Made by a program: the position numbers and the translations under genes
Shown: piece by piece, positions 7,500 to 16,085 of the stretch
Layout: each line of letters opens with the position of its first letter
Position numbering within the stretch: position 1 is the stretch's first letter
Notes under the pieces: generated by a model
Databases searched by the model: none
Seen by the model: only the letters and a program-made list of their open reading frames with translations
What the model was told of the DNA's origin: nothing
Source: Fibrobacteria bacterium
Lineage (GTDB): Bacteria; Fibrobacterota; Fibrobacteria; UBA11236
Length of the DNA stretch: 35,026 nucleotides
Direction of reading: 5' to 3'
Assembly (NCBI GenBank): GCA_041483475.1
Contig: JBGPFT010000001.1
Span: 1 to 35,026, forward strand

Positions 7500-9124
7500 T
7501 CCTTGACGAGCTTCCTCGCCGCCTTGCCCTCGGCGGAAGAAAAATTCAATAGATAAACTCCCGGCGTTTTCAGATCGCTGAAGGAATATCGGGCTTGACC
7601 CTTTCCCTGGCGGAAGGCCACGGTTTTACCCTGAAGATCCCGTACTTCCAAGGAATGATTCCCCGAAGTCAGAACGGAAACTTCCAATCCCCGTAGTTCA
7701 AGCAGGTTCCTTGCGCCGGCACGTAGATCCGGAAGTATCGGGGTGGAGGGGCGGCAGGTGCCGCGGTATTCGACGCGGTAAAGGCCGGTGGCGGCGCTGG
7801 TGGTCCGGTAGCCCGCATAATTGATGACGTACAGCGCTCCGTCCGTTCCCATGTTCAAATCGGTGAGCGCGTTCAGGTTGGCCAGGTTGGCCGTGGTGCC
7901 GAAGCGTTGCCGGGCCGTGATGGCCGTGCCGGTCGGGTTGAGCTGGATGCCGTCGATCCATTCGGTGTTGAAATCGCCGACGATCCAGGCACCGTCGAAA
8001 TGCGGCGGAAATTTGATCGTGGAAGTCGAGGCGCCGTTGTAGTAATACACCGGTCCGGTGATGGCGCAGTTCTTTCCGTAAGGACTGATGGCCGCCCGGG
8101 CGGGCGGGAGATTGACGATGCCGGTATTGTCGGCGCGGTTGTTCACCGGGGCGGCAGGCGTCCCGTATCCGGCCTGAAGCTGGATTTGGTTGCCCGCCCA
8201 GAAAGGCCAGCCGAAATTGCCGGGGGTGGTGGTAAAATCGTGTTCCTCGCTCCATTCGGCGGGATTGGTGGATCCCGTGGGGAAAACGTCGGGCCCGACG
8301 TCGCCCCAAACGAGACCGCGGCGCACCGAGTCGATGGCGATGGTGAAGGGATTGCGCGTGCCCATCACGTAGATTTCGGGCAAGGTCAGGGCCGTGCCCG
8401 GGGCGAAAAGGTTTCCCGTGGGAATGGTATAGGTGGTGCCGACGCCGGGCGCCGGCGTCTGGTTGTCGGGAAAGGCGATGGGATGGATGCGCAGGATCTT
8501 TCCATTGTAGCTGTTGGTGTTGGCGGCCAGATAGGGGTTGGTCAAGTCGGGGCCGGCGGGGGTGGTGGCGCCGTCATTGTCCGCCGAGGAGATAAAAAGA
8601 TTTCCGGCCCAGTCGAATTTCAAGGCCCCCGCCACGTGCTGGGCGATGGCGTTGGTGGTGAACCGGAAAATCACTTTTTCCGAGGCCAGGTTCAGCGTGT
8701 TTCCCGTCAAGGTGAAGCGGGACACCCACCAGGTGGTTCCCATGCCGAAGTACAGGAATATCCAACCGTTGGTGGTGAAGGCGGGATCCAAGGCGATGCC
8801 GACCATGCCTTCACTGCGAGCGGCGGTCAGCGTGAGGGCGAAATTCGCCAGCGTCACCGTGGTCCGCGTGGCGCCGACGTATTTGCGCAGCCGGCCGGCG
8901 CGCTGGACGAAATACACGTCCACGTTGCCCAGGGCATCCGTACCCACGGCCATTTTCAGGGGTTCCTGCGTGGTGGCGTCGGTGGCGTTGGTGACCAGGG
9001 GCACCATGGCGAAATCCGCCGGGACCACATTGGGACATCCGTTGTAGGTGAGCTGTGCGAACGACGGCGCCGCCGCCGCCAACATCAGGGTTGCGATGAT
9101 TTTTTTCCACATTGCGTTTTTCAT
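7496..9124 (-). CDS. Secreted PQQ-dependent sugar dehydrogenase-like (GSDH family) beta-propeller with T9SS-type C-terminal sorting domain
   Basis: 542 aa. Signal peptide MKNAMWKKIIATLMLAAAAPSFAQ. GSDH blocks: EGMVGIALDPAF..NGWIFLYF, NGKILRIHP, IPTGNLF, EIYVMGTRNPFTIAID, LVWGDVGPD. The last ~70 aa (HSLEVRDLQGKTVAF...GVYLLNF...KLVKD) fit the Por_Secre_tail pattern. Its ATG overlaps the upstream stop (ATGA). Confidence 0.8.
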   Translation of the reverse strand: MKNAMWKKIIATLMLAAAAPSFAQLTYNGCPNVVPADFAMVPLVTNATDATTQEPLKMAVGTDALGNVDVYFVQRAGRLRKYVGATRTTVTLANFALTLTAARSEGMVGIALDPAFTTNGWIFLYFGMGTTWWVSRFTLTGNTLNLASEKVIFRFTTNAIAQHVAGALKFDWAGNLFISSADNDGATTPAGPDLTNPYLAANTNSYNGKILRIHPIAFPDNQTPAPGVGTTYTIPTGNLFAPGTALTLPEIYVMGTRNPFTIAIDSVRRGLVWGDVGPDVFPTGSTNPAEWSEEHDFTTTPGNFGWPFWAGNQIQLQAGYGTPAAPVNNRADNTGIVNLPPARAAISPYGKNCAITGPVYYYNGASTSTIKFPPHFDGAWIVGDFNTEWIDGIQLNPTGTAITARQRFGTTANLANLNALTDLNMGTDGALYVINYAGYRTTSAATGLYRVEYRGTCRPSTPILPDLRAGARNLLELRGLEVSVLTSGNHSLEVRDLQGKTVAFRQGKGQARYSFSDLKTPGVYLLNFSSAEGKAARKLVKD

Positions 9125-10569
9125 GGGGTCCTCGCTTGTAGTGATTGATGGACAGTTTTTTCCTTGCGCCCGGTAGTGTTATGATAATAACCCGAGATCC
9201 AAAAAACAGGTGTCAGGAATCGGGCCTCCGCGGAAAAAATACCGAGTCGCTGATTCGCGCGCGGCGGGTACAAAGCCGTAGTCGCAGGCAGGAAGGCGAA
9301 TTTAATCCCCGTGCTGTAATTGGTGTAATGCACGTAATCCCCGTACATCCACAGCAAGGCGCGACGCGGATTGCTTTGCCCCGTTACGGCCCAAGGGAGG
9401 ATGGGGCGCACGTTGTTCTTGGCCGAACCCGCGGTGATGCCCTGGGTGGTCCAGGTGGCGCCGAGATCGGTTGTGTACCAGCGTTCGATTTCGAAAATTC
9501 CACCCACGACGCCGTTCGGGGGCCGGGACAGGAACACCTCGGAAGGATCCTCGGGGTTCAGGATGATGCCTCCCGAATATTGCGGCTCGGGTTCCGTGGT
9601 GGCAACGGGGGTTTGGGGGAACCAGCGCCCGGCCGGGCACATTTGCCGCGCCAGCCATCGCGTGCCGTTCCACCGGGCGTACCAGTAATAGTGACTGGAA
9701 TCGGTGGGCATGACGGTAAACACCAGCACCGGCCGGCTCTGGGCGTCGAGCGCGATGTCCCAGATCCACGCCTTACCCTGGGTGGCGCCATCATAGACCT
9801 TGTCCGCCTCGATCGGTTGCACGGGAACCTGGGCCACGGTTTTGATCTGGGTCCCGTTGGCGTGGTAAAAGGCGCCGGCTTCGTAATAGGCGTAATAGAT
9901 GCTGTTGGTGGGGACATCGCGCGGATGCCCGTCGGTGAAGGCGAGGTGGATGCGCGAAAGCCCGTCGCCGCGGTACTTGATATAGGGCCGGGCCGCTCCT
10001 CCGCCTATCCATTGCGCCGGCGTTCCCCAGGTGACACCTTCGTCGTTCGAGGTGGTCGCGGTGGGATGCCAGTTGATGACGCGGTCGAACAGGTAGAGGC
10101 GATTGCTTTCGTTCGCCAGCCGGATGGGATTGGCGTAGGTGACGTTGTCGGGCATGACGAGGGTCCGCTCCGCCCCCCAGGCGCGGATGTCCTCCGGGTT
10201 CACCGTGGTGCGGATGTACACGTTGCGATCCACGGTGTGGCGCTGGTAGAAGGCGGTGAGGCGGCCGTCAGTGCGAACGTACAGGGCGGGGAGATCGTGA
10301 TCATCCACCTCCAACCCGACATGCAAGGTGGCGGTGTCGATGGCACCGGAGGCGTAATCATAGGACCAGGCGCGCGTCGAGCCCTGCCGGGTTATGAAGG
10401 CGAGATAGATCTTCTCTCTTTGGTTCTTGTAATAGACGGCCCGGGGATCGGTAAAGAATGTCCAGGCTCCGTTGGGGTCAGCCCAGGAGTAGTTCTGTCC
10501 CGGTGCCGGCGGAACGACCTGGGAATAGGAAGCTGAGAAGGGGAAGAAAAACAGGAAGACTTTTTTCAA
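9121..10569 (-). CDS. BNR-4 repeat-containing (sialidase-fold beta-propeller) secreted protein
   Basis: About 482 aa from a TTG start at 10569, giving (M)KKVFLFFFPFSASYSQ as the signal peptide. Blocks remembered from the BNR_4 family: HLAFTDGHPRD, NSIYYAYYEAGAFYHANG, SNDEGVTWG, RPYIKYRGDG. The track ORF start at 10782 would overlap the upstream gene by more than 200 nt. TTG sits in a TTGA overlap with that gene's stop. Confidence 0.7.
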   Translation of the reverse strand: MKKVFLFFFPFSASYSQVVPPAPGQNYSWADPNGAWTFFTDPRAVYYKNQREKIYLAFITRQGSTRAWSYDYASGAIDTATLHVGLEVDDHDLPALYVRTDGRLTAFYQRHTVDRNVYIRTTVNPEDIRAWGAERTLVMPDNVTYANPIRLANESNRLYLFDRVINWHPTATTSNDEGVTWGTPAQWIGGGAARPYIKYRGDGLSRIHLAFTDGHPRDVPTNSIYYAYYEAGAFYHANGTQIKTVAQVPVQPIEADKVYDGATQGKAWIWDIALDAQSRPVLVFTVMPTDSSHYYWYARWNGTRWLARQMCPAGRWFPQTPVATTEPEPQYSGGIILNPEDPSEVFLSRPPNGVVGGIFEIERWYTTDLGATWTTQGITAGSAKNNVRPILPWAVTGQSNPRRALLWMYGDYVHYTNYSTGIKFAFLPATTALYPPRANQRLGIFSAEARFLTPVFWISGYYHNTTGRKEKTVHQSLQARTP

Positions 10570-12398
10570 GGTAACACCACGGTGCGTCGCAGGTTTTGTC
10601 CATCGCCTTCGGCCTCGACGACAGCGAAGCGGCCATGGATCGCGGACAGGCGAAAGGCATGGACCTCCGGCCCGAAGCCCGAAACCGAGGTCAGCAGCGA
10701 ACCGCGCAAATCGCGGACGCGAATCGTATGCGGTCCGCGAAAAGGCGCGCGCACCACGAGGTTCCCGCCCTCCACGCCCCATTGCAGTTGATTGAGGAGC
10801 TGGGCGCGAAATGCCTCCGGATCCACCACCGGCGTGGGATCGAAGGGATTGCCCGAACCGAGGGCGTTCAGGGTGTACCAGGCCTCCGGCGTCCAGGAAT
10901 TTTGCGCGGCGTTGGCCTGGGGATGGACGTTCAGCAGGCGGATGTACACGATACGCTGCTGGTTACCGGTGCGCGGTTGCAGGCCGGACAGGGCCAGGTA
11001 GATCCTGAGCCGATCCGACGACACCAGGACGGAGGTCGGCGTCAACGTGGTCACCGCTTGTTTGGCCCCCCCGTAGCTGGACGTGGGCAGGTAGTAATAG
11101 GTTTGCACCTGATAATTGGCGGCTTGTTCAGCGCTGGTTCCCACCGGTTCGGAGAATTCGATTTCCATGCCAGCCGGTCTTGAGCGCACCGCCAGCATTT
11201 CGAAAGTGGTGGTGTTGTTGTACCGGAGCTTTTGCAATCCGTACATCTGGCCGTTCCAGGTCCAATCGTTCGCCGCGCCGAGCATGCCCAGGTACAACAT
11301 GCCGTCGGGGCCCCAGGCCATGCGCCATACGCCCGATTCCAAACCACCCGTGAAAACGAAGACGGCTCCCTGGTATTGGCCCTGAATGTTTTCAATGAAG
11401 AGGCGCTGCACCCCTCCGTAGCTCACGTCGCCCATGAAGAATTGTCCCGCATAGGGGCCGGTAGGAATGTAAAGCGGCGCCCCCGGGCAAAGCGAGATGT
11501 CGGTCAAAGTGTCGGTTTGAGGCAGAAAGACGGCGGCGGGGGATTCCGCCATGTTGTCCCAGCTTTCCGCGGGGGTATGATGGAAGCCGTAATACCTTCC
11601 GGCCTGGAGGTTGATCAGCTTGTTGGTCGGCAGCCAATGCCCCTGGATGTCGGCGGACCAAAGCGAATTGCCGGGGCCGAAAGCGAGCCCGGTGGGATGC
11701 CGCAGGCCCATGGACAGGATTTGGTAATTGCCGCGGATTCCATTTCCGGGAGTCACCGAGAGATGGACGCCGCGGCGAGGATTGATTTGCGTGACATCCG
11801 TAGCGTTGTACATCGAATTGGCGTTGACGTAGAAGGTCCCGTTCCGGTTCAGCAGCCCGTACATCCATTCGCTGCGGCCCTTGATCGGATGCAGCGAGTC
11901 GACGCCGCTGGCGGGCGTTCCCGGATAGGTGAAGATCGTGTCCGTCCGGTCGGCGACGCCGTTGCGATCGGCGTCCACCAGGCGGACGATGTTGTTGCCT
12001 CCCGACACGTAAATCGTGTCGCCCGCCACGGTAAGGCCCATGGGATCCTCAAGGCCGGTGGCGAAGGTCTGAATCGTGACGTTGGGGGTGTTGCCGGTCA
12101 CTCCGCTCAAAAGGGAAACCCGCCCCAGGCGCTGGCGGTTGCCGACATTGCCTCCGGGGCAGCAACCCGCCCGGGTGCCCCCCCATTCCGCCACCACGAG
12201 GCGGCCGTCGGAAAGGAAGTCCAGTCCGCTCACCTCGGGCTGGAAGGTAGAGGGGCGGATATTGATGAGGCTCCAGCTGGGATGCACCGAGGGCGCGGCC
12301 TTCGCGCATGGCGAACCGGCCAAGCCGGAAGCCATCGCCGCAAGGAGGGTCGCCGATCGAAGCGGAAAAGATCCCGGGTTCCCGGAATCGCGCAGCAT
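10566..12398 (-). CDS. Secreted beta-propeller protein (glucose/sorbosone-dehydrogenase-like / membrane-bound-dehydrogenase-domain-like) with T9SS-type C-terminal domain; paralog B
   Basis: 610 aa with a signal peptide. Blocks: GLEDPMGLTV.GDTIYVSGG..IVRLVDADRNGVAD, GLRHPTGLAFGP, HWLPTNKLINLQAGRYYGFHH, MAWGPDGMLYLG, FEMLAVRSRPAGMEIEF. The tail (HTIRVRDLRGSLL...GRFAVVEAEGDG..LRRTVVLP) resembles a T9SS CTD. Confidence 0.65.
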   Translation of the reverse strand: MLRDSGNPGSFPLRSATLLAAMASGLAGSPCAKAAPSVHPSWSLINIRPSTFQPEVSGLDFLSDGRLVVAEWGGTRAGCCPGGNVGNRQRLGRVSLLSGVTGNTPNVTIQTFATGLEDPMGLTVAGDTIYVSGGNNIVRLVDADRNGVADRTDTIFTYPGTPASGVDSLHPIKGRSEWMYGLLNRNGTFYVNANSMYNATDVTQINPRRGVHLSVTPGNGIRGNYQILSMGLRHPTGLAFGPGNSLWSADIQGHWLPTNKLINLQAGRYYGFHHTPAESWDNMAESPAAVFLPQTDTLTDISLCPGAPLYIPTGPYAGQFFMGDVSYGGVQRLFIENIQGQYQGAVFVFTGGLESGVWRMAWGPDGMLYLGMLGAANDWTWNGQMYGLQKLRYNNTTTFEMLAVRSRPAGMEIEFSEPVGTSAEQAANYQVQTYYYLPTSSYGGAKQAVTTLTPTSVLVSSDRLRIYLALSGLQPRTGNQQRIVYIRLLNVHPQANAAQNSWTPEAWYTLNALGSGNPFDPTPVVDPEAFRAQLLNQLQWGVEGGNLVVRAPFRGPHTIRVRDLRGSLLTSVSGFGPEVHAFRLSAIHGRFAVVEAEGDGQNLRRTVVLP

Positions 12399-12423
12399 AT
12401 CATCCCTCCAAAAAATTCACGGT

Positions 12424-14208
12424 TCAGGGCAGGTTGACCGCGCGCCTGAGGCGCGTCCCGTCTCCCACGGCCTCCACCACGGCGAACCTCCCGCGCACGC
12501 CGGACAGGGAAAACGAATGCAGGCTCGGGCCAAAGCCCGAGGAGGTGGCCAGCACGGAGCCGCGCAAGTCGAGCAGCTTGATTTCATGCGATCCGCGGAA
12601 GGGGGAGCGGACGATCAGATTGTTCCCCTCCACCGACCATTGCAGGCGATTCAGCAGCGCGGCGTGGGCGAGTTTCGGATCCACCACCGGGACCGCGGAA
12701 CAAGCGGCGCCGCTTCCCATGGCGTTGTTGGCGTAAACGGTTTCCCGGGTCCAAAGCACGGAGTTATCGGCGGCCTGGAAGGTGGCGAAACCGGGCACTC
12801 GCAAATAATAGATGCGGCCCGCCGTGAAATTCGCGACGGGAAGAAAAACCCGGCGGTTGTCGGAACAAACCTGAATAGCGCCCACGGCATCGGTGCGAAC
12901 CCCTGTCGGATCATTAGCGTAATTGATGGTGGACGTGACGATCATGCTTTGCACGCTATAGTTTGCCGCTACTGACGCTGTGGCGCCTATCGGCTTATTG
13001 AACTCGATTTCCAGGCCGCCCGGCCGAGAGCGAACGGCCAGCATCTCGTAGGCGTTGGTGGTTCCATTGTACCGCAGCTTCTGCAGGCCGAAGGCCTGGG
13101 GGCCCCAGTTCCAATCGCCGTTGTCGGCGAGGCCGCCGGCATACAGCATGCCATCGGGGCCCCAGGCCAAACGGAACATCCCGACTTCGAGCCCGCCCGT
13201 GAATTGGAATACGGCGCCCTGATATTCGTTGTTCACCTTTTCCAGGAAATACCTCTGGATGCCGCCGTAATGCACATCGCCCATGAGCATTTGCCCGGCA
13301 TAAGGGCCGGTGGTGACGTACAAGGGATTACTGACCGCTGCGGCCATGCCATACGTAAGCTCTTCATCGGGCATATACACGGCCGGGGGGCTTTCCGGTT
13401 GGCTTTCGAAGGGGGGGACAGTGAGTCCCGCATAGGCGGCGTCCGGGGTATGGTGGAAGCCGTAGAAATGGCCTTGCTGCACATGGATGAGCTTGTTGGT
13501 GGGCACCCAGTTTCCCGCCACGTCGCCGGAGAAAAGATCGCCGTTGGGGCCGAAGCCGAGGCCGGTGGGTTCGCGCAATCCGCTGGCGATCACCGAGAAC
13601 GCCCCGGTGGTCGGATTCACCGACATCGACGTTCCGCGGTTGGGGCTTCTGATCAAATCCGCCGGGGTGAGATCCAATTTGGTCGAGGAAACGTTCATGT
13701 AGAAGGTACCGCTGCGCTGTGTCAGCCCGAAGGTGAATTCATGGCGCTGATGGATGCCGATCCCGGGCGTGTAAGGAACGGAGCATATGATCCGTGTGCC
13801 ATCGGAAATCCCGTCGCCGTTGGCGTCGAGCAATTGGACCACCTTGTTTCCACCGCTGACATAGATCTGGTCGCTGACCACGGCCAGCCCCATGAGGTCC
13901 TCGATTCCGGTGGCGAAGGTGCGCACCGTGGGCGAAGGCGCATTGCCGGTGACGCCGCTCAGTATGTACACGATGCTGTTGACCTGGGCCAAGGCCACAT
14001 TGTCGTGGATGCCGCCCCAATGACCCACCACGAGATCCCCGTTGGAGAGGAAATCCAATCCCGATACCCGGGGTTGAAATCCGGCGGCGGCGCCGACGCG
14101 CAAATTGATGCGGGTCCAATCGGGATGTACGGTGGTAAGCGGGGTGGTGCCGGCGAAGCCGCCGACGCAGAAAACGAGGATGAATTTGGAAACGGCTGAC
14201 TTGTGCAT
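12424..14208 (-). CDS. Secreted beta-propeller protein, paralog A of 10566-12398, with T9SS-type C-terminal domain
   Basis: 594 aa. Signal peptide MHKSAVSKFILVFCVGGFAG. Collinear with the 610-aa neighbour along its whole length and shares the same motif blocks and a near-identical tail (GRFAVVEAVGDGTRLRRAVNLP). Confidence 0.65.
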   Translation of the reverse strand: MHKSAVSKFILVFCVGGFAGTTPLTTVHPDWTRINLRVGAAAGFQPRVSGLDFLSNGDLVVGHWGGIHDNVALAQVNSIVYILSGVTGNAPSPTVRTFATGIEDLMGLAVVSDQIYVSGGNKVVQLLDANGDGISDGTRIICSVPYTPGIGIHQRHEFTFGLTQRSGTFYMNVSSTKLDLTPADLIRSPNRGTSMSVNPTTGAFSVIASGLREPTGLGFGPNGDLFSGDVAGNWVPTNKLIHVQQGHFYGFHHTPDAAYAGLTVPPFESQPESPPAVYMPDEELTYGMAAAVSNPLYVTTGPYAGQMLMGDVHYGGIQRYFLEKVNNEYQGAVFQFTGGLEVGMFRLAWGPDGMLYAGGLADNGDWNWGPQAFGLQKLRYNGTTNAYEMLAVRSRPGGLEIEFNKPIGATASVAANYSVQSMIVTSTINYANDPTGVRTDAVGAIQVCSDNRRVFLPVANFTAGRIYYLRVPGFATFQAADNSVLWTRETVYANNAMGSGAACSAVPVVDPKLAHAALLNRLQWSVEGNNLIVRSPFRGSHEIKLLDLRGSVLATSSGFGPSLHSFSLSGVRGRFAVVEAVGDGTRLRRAVNLP

Positions 14209-14393
14209 TTTGGTCCTTTATGCGGCCATGGAAATCACGGCACGCCCGCCAAAACGGCGCTTCCCCTAATATAACGCCGGCCTTCCCGCAGCCGGGCAGG
14301 CATTCGGGAAATTCGCATAGCCATGCGGAATGGCTAAAAAAAGGTGCGGCGGCGACACAAACTTCGCGGATTTTGCGCCCGAAACGGTATAAT

Positions 14394-14410
14394 CCGGGTC
14401 AATAACCCGG
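14394..14410 (-). terminator. Weak hairpin downstream of the Mla-operon barrel gene (CCGGGT-5 nt-ACCCGG); possible terminator
   Basis: A 6-bp GC-rich stem located 31 nt after the stop at 14441. On the minus strand it is followed by ATTATACCGTTT, which is a poor U-tract. Confidence 0.3.
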
Positions 14411-14440
14411 GATAAAAACGGAAAACCGCGCTTTTGATCA

Positions 14441-16084
14441 TCAATAGTTGAAACTCAGGCGCAGCGACAGGCTGTGCTTGCGGGGGTAGCGGTTGGCCAC
14501 CTGATCGAGACGCTCGCTGATCTGGAAGAGGTATCCGAGTTCCACGTTGCGGGAGAGGAAAAGGCGGAAATCCGCCTCCGATTCCTGCAACTGGATTTTT
14601 TCGGGTTGCGCGTTTTCGGCGAAGATCTCCGCGCGGAGATCCAAGGTGAAGCGGGTGGACAAGCGCAATTTGCCGGTGAGGATGCCTTCCACGCCCACGC
14701 TGTAGCTGGAAACGGATTTCTCGAAGGTGTTGGAGGTGCGTGCCACGTAATCGCCCATCGAAATTTGCTGATGCGCGGCCAGGCCCAACTGGGTCGAAAG
14801 TTCCAATTCGTACCGCGTCAACAATTCCAGATTCACGCCCGCGCCTTCGGCCAGGGAAACGGGAAAGAAGGAGGGTTTGACGCGGAAGGATCCGGAGGTG
14901 TCGAGGGTGCTGTCGACGCGCGTCGCGCTGGAGGTATCGACATAAGTCCGGACCCGGTACACGGTATCCAATGTCACCTTGTTGGGGAAGAGATGAGTGG
15001 AAGCCTGACCCCGGACATAGGGTCCCACCCACGCGTTCAAGCGCCGGACCCAGGTGGAGCGCAATTGCGCGTCGTCGAGAGAGATGTTGATGGGCTTTCC
15101 CTTGTCCTTGAGGAATCCGTCCTGGAGGAAGAACTCGTTGATTCCGAAAAAACTCGGCCGGTCGTAACGGGCCCGGGTGCGCAGGTCGGTGGACAACAGA
15201 ACGTTTTCCTGGTGCAGGGCGGTTTCGTCCACCTCCTGGGTCAGCCCCAGGTTGCCTCCTGCGCGCAGGCCGTAGGTCCAATGCCGCCCCACCCGCGTGC
15301 GGGTGTTGAGGGATTTGGCGCCTCCGGCGATGAGGTTGCCATCGACCTCCTTGTCGAAGACGAGTTCGACGGAATGCAATTCTCCGGAGTTGATCTGCAC
15401 GGTGATGTAATTCCTCAGCGAGTTGTAGCTCTCGCCCACCTTGGAAAGCCGGTAAAGTCCGGGCGGCAACACCCATACCTTGATATCCTGGAGGCGCTCG
15501 TCCTTGAAACCGGCGCCGCGGCCGTAATTGACCCAACGCTCCATCCGCAGCAGTTCGTATTGGCCGTCGATATAGGCTCCGGCATCGAGGAGGGTTTCCA
15601 CCAACAAAGCGCCCCAGGTCGGAGCCACGACGGTGGTATGCCCTTCCTCCACGCGCGCGGAGGCGCGCAGGCGCCGCTCGGTGACTCCGGATCCGAATTG
15701 AAGTTCGTAGGTGCCCGAATCCAGGAGGATGCGATGTCCGGTTTGCCCTACCGCGGCCAGTCGTCCAGAACGGCTGTACACCGCCACCTCGGGTTCGCGC
15801 CGGGGTTCGCTGAAGCAGGGGACGAACACCGCTCCCTTGCCCAAGGTGAGCAAGGTGCCGTCGCGGTTCATTTGTTCTTCTACCGCCGGGGCCGCCCAGT
15901 TCATACCCCTTCCCGAGTCCGGCGGTTGGGCCCGAGGTTGGGGCGGGGGAGCCGCCGTGCGAGGTTGGGAAACCACTTCTTCTCCGGGCAATCCCTCGGG
16001 CAGGCTGGCAAAGATCGGGGAAAGGAAAAACAGAACGGCGAAAAAGGCCCTCACCCGACGGACTGGAGGGTGAGGTGAGGACAT
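14441..16084 (-). CDS. Outer-membrane beta-barrel protein of unknown function with N-terminal beta-sandwich-like modules (DUF3078-like barrel)
   Basis: 547 aa. Signal peptide (RVRAFFAVLFFLSPIFA) followed by a Pro-rich linker. The C-terminal ~300 aa show an alternating amphipathic strand pattern. It ends in the OMP beta-signal-like LSLRLSFNY. The start is 1 nt after the PqiC-like stop. Confidence 0.6.
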   Translation of the reverse strand: MSSPHPPVRRVRAFFAVLFFLSPIFASLPEGLPGEEVVSQPRTAAPPPQPRAQPPDSGRGMNWAAPAVEEQMNRDGTLLTLGKGAVFVPCFSEPRREPEVAVYSRSGRLAAVGQTGHRILLDSGTYELQFGSGVTERRLRASARVEEGHTTVVAPTWGALLVETLLDAGAYIDGQYELLRMERWVNYGRGAGFKDERLQDIKVWVLPPGLYRLSKVGESYNSLRNYITVQINSGELHSVELVFDKEVDGNLIAGGAKSLNTRTRVGRHWTYGLRAGGNLGLTQEVDETALHQENVLLSTDLRTRARYDRPSFFGINEFFLQDGFLKDKGKPINISLDDAQLRSTWVRRLNAWVGPYVRGQASTHLFPNKVTLDTVYRVRTYVDTSSATRVDSTLDTSGSFRVKPSFFPVSLAEGAGVNLELLTRYELELSTQLGLAAHQQISMGDYVARTSNTFEKSVSSYSVGVEGILTGKLRLSTRFTLDLRAEIFAENAQPEKIQLQESEADFRLFLSRNVELGYLFQISERLDQVANRYPRKHSLSLRLSFNY

Positions 16085-16085
16085 A

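Noticed and set aside
14311-14342. Hairpin AGCCAT-GCGG-AATGGCT adjacent to a run of seven A residues, considered as the terminator of the Mla operon.
   Set aside because: On the minus strand, which is the direction of both flanking operons, the T-run precedes rather than follows the stem. On the plus strand the stem is followed by A residues. It is the wrong geometry for an intrinsic terminator, although it may be a leader structure of the propeller operon.
14220-14405. A 61-aa plus-strand ORF in the gap between the propeller operon and the Mla operon.
   Set aside because: It has no RBS or plausible promoter context, and its composition is basic and low-complexity. The region is better explained as the terminator and promoter DNA of the two minus-strand operons.
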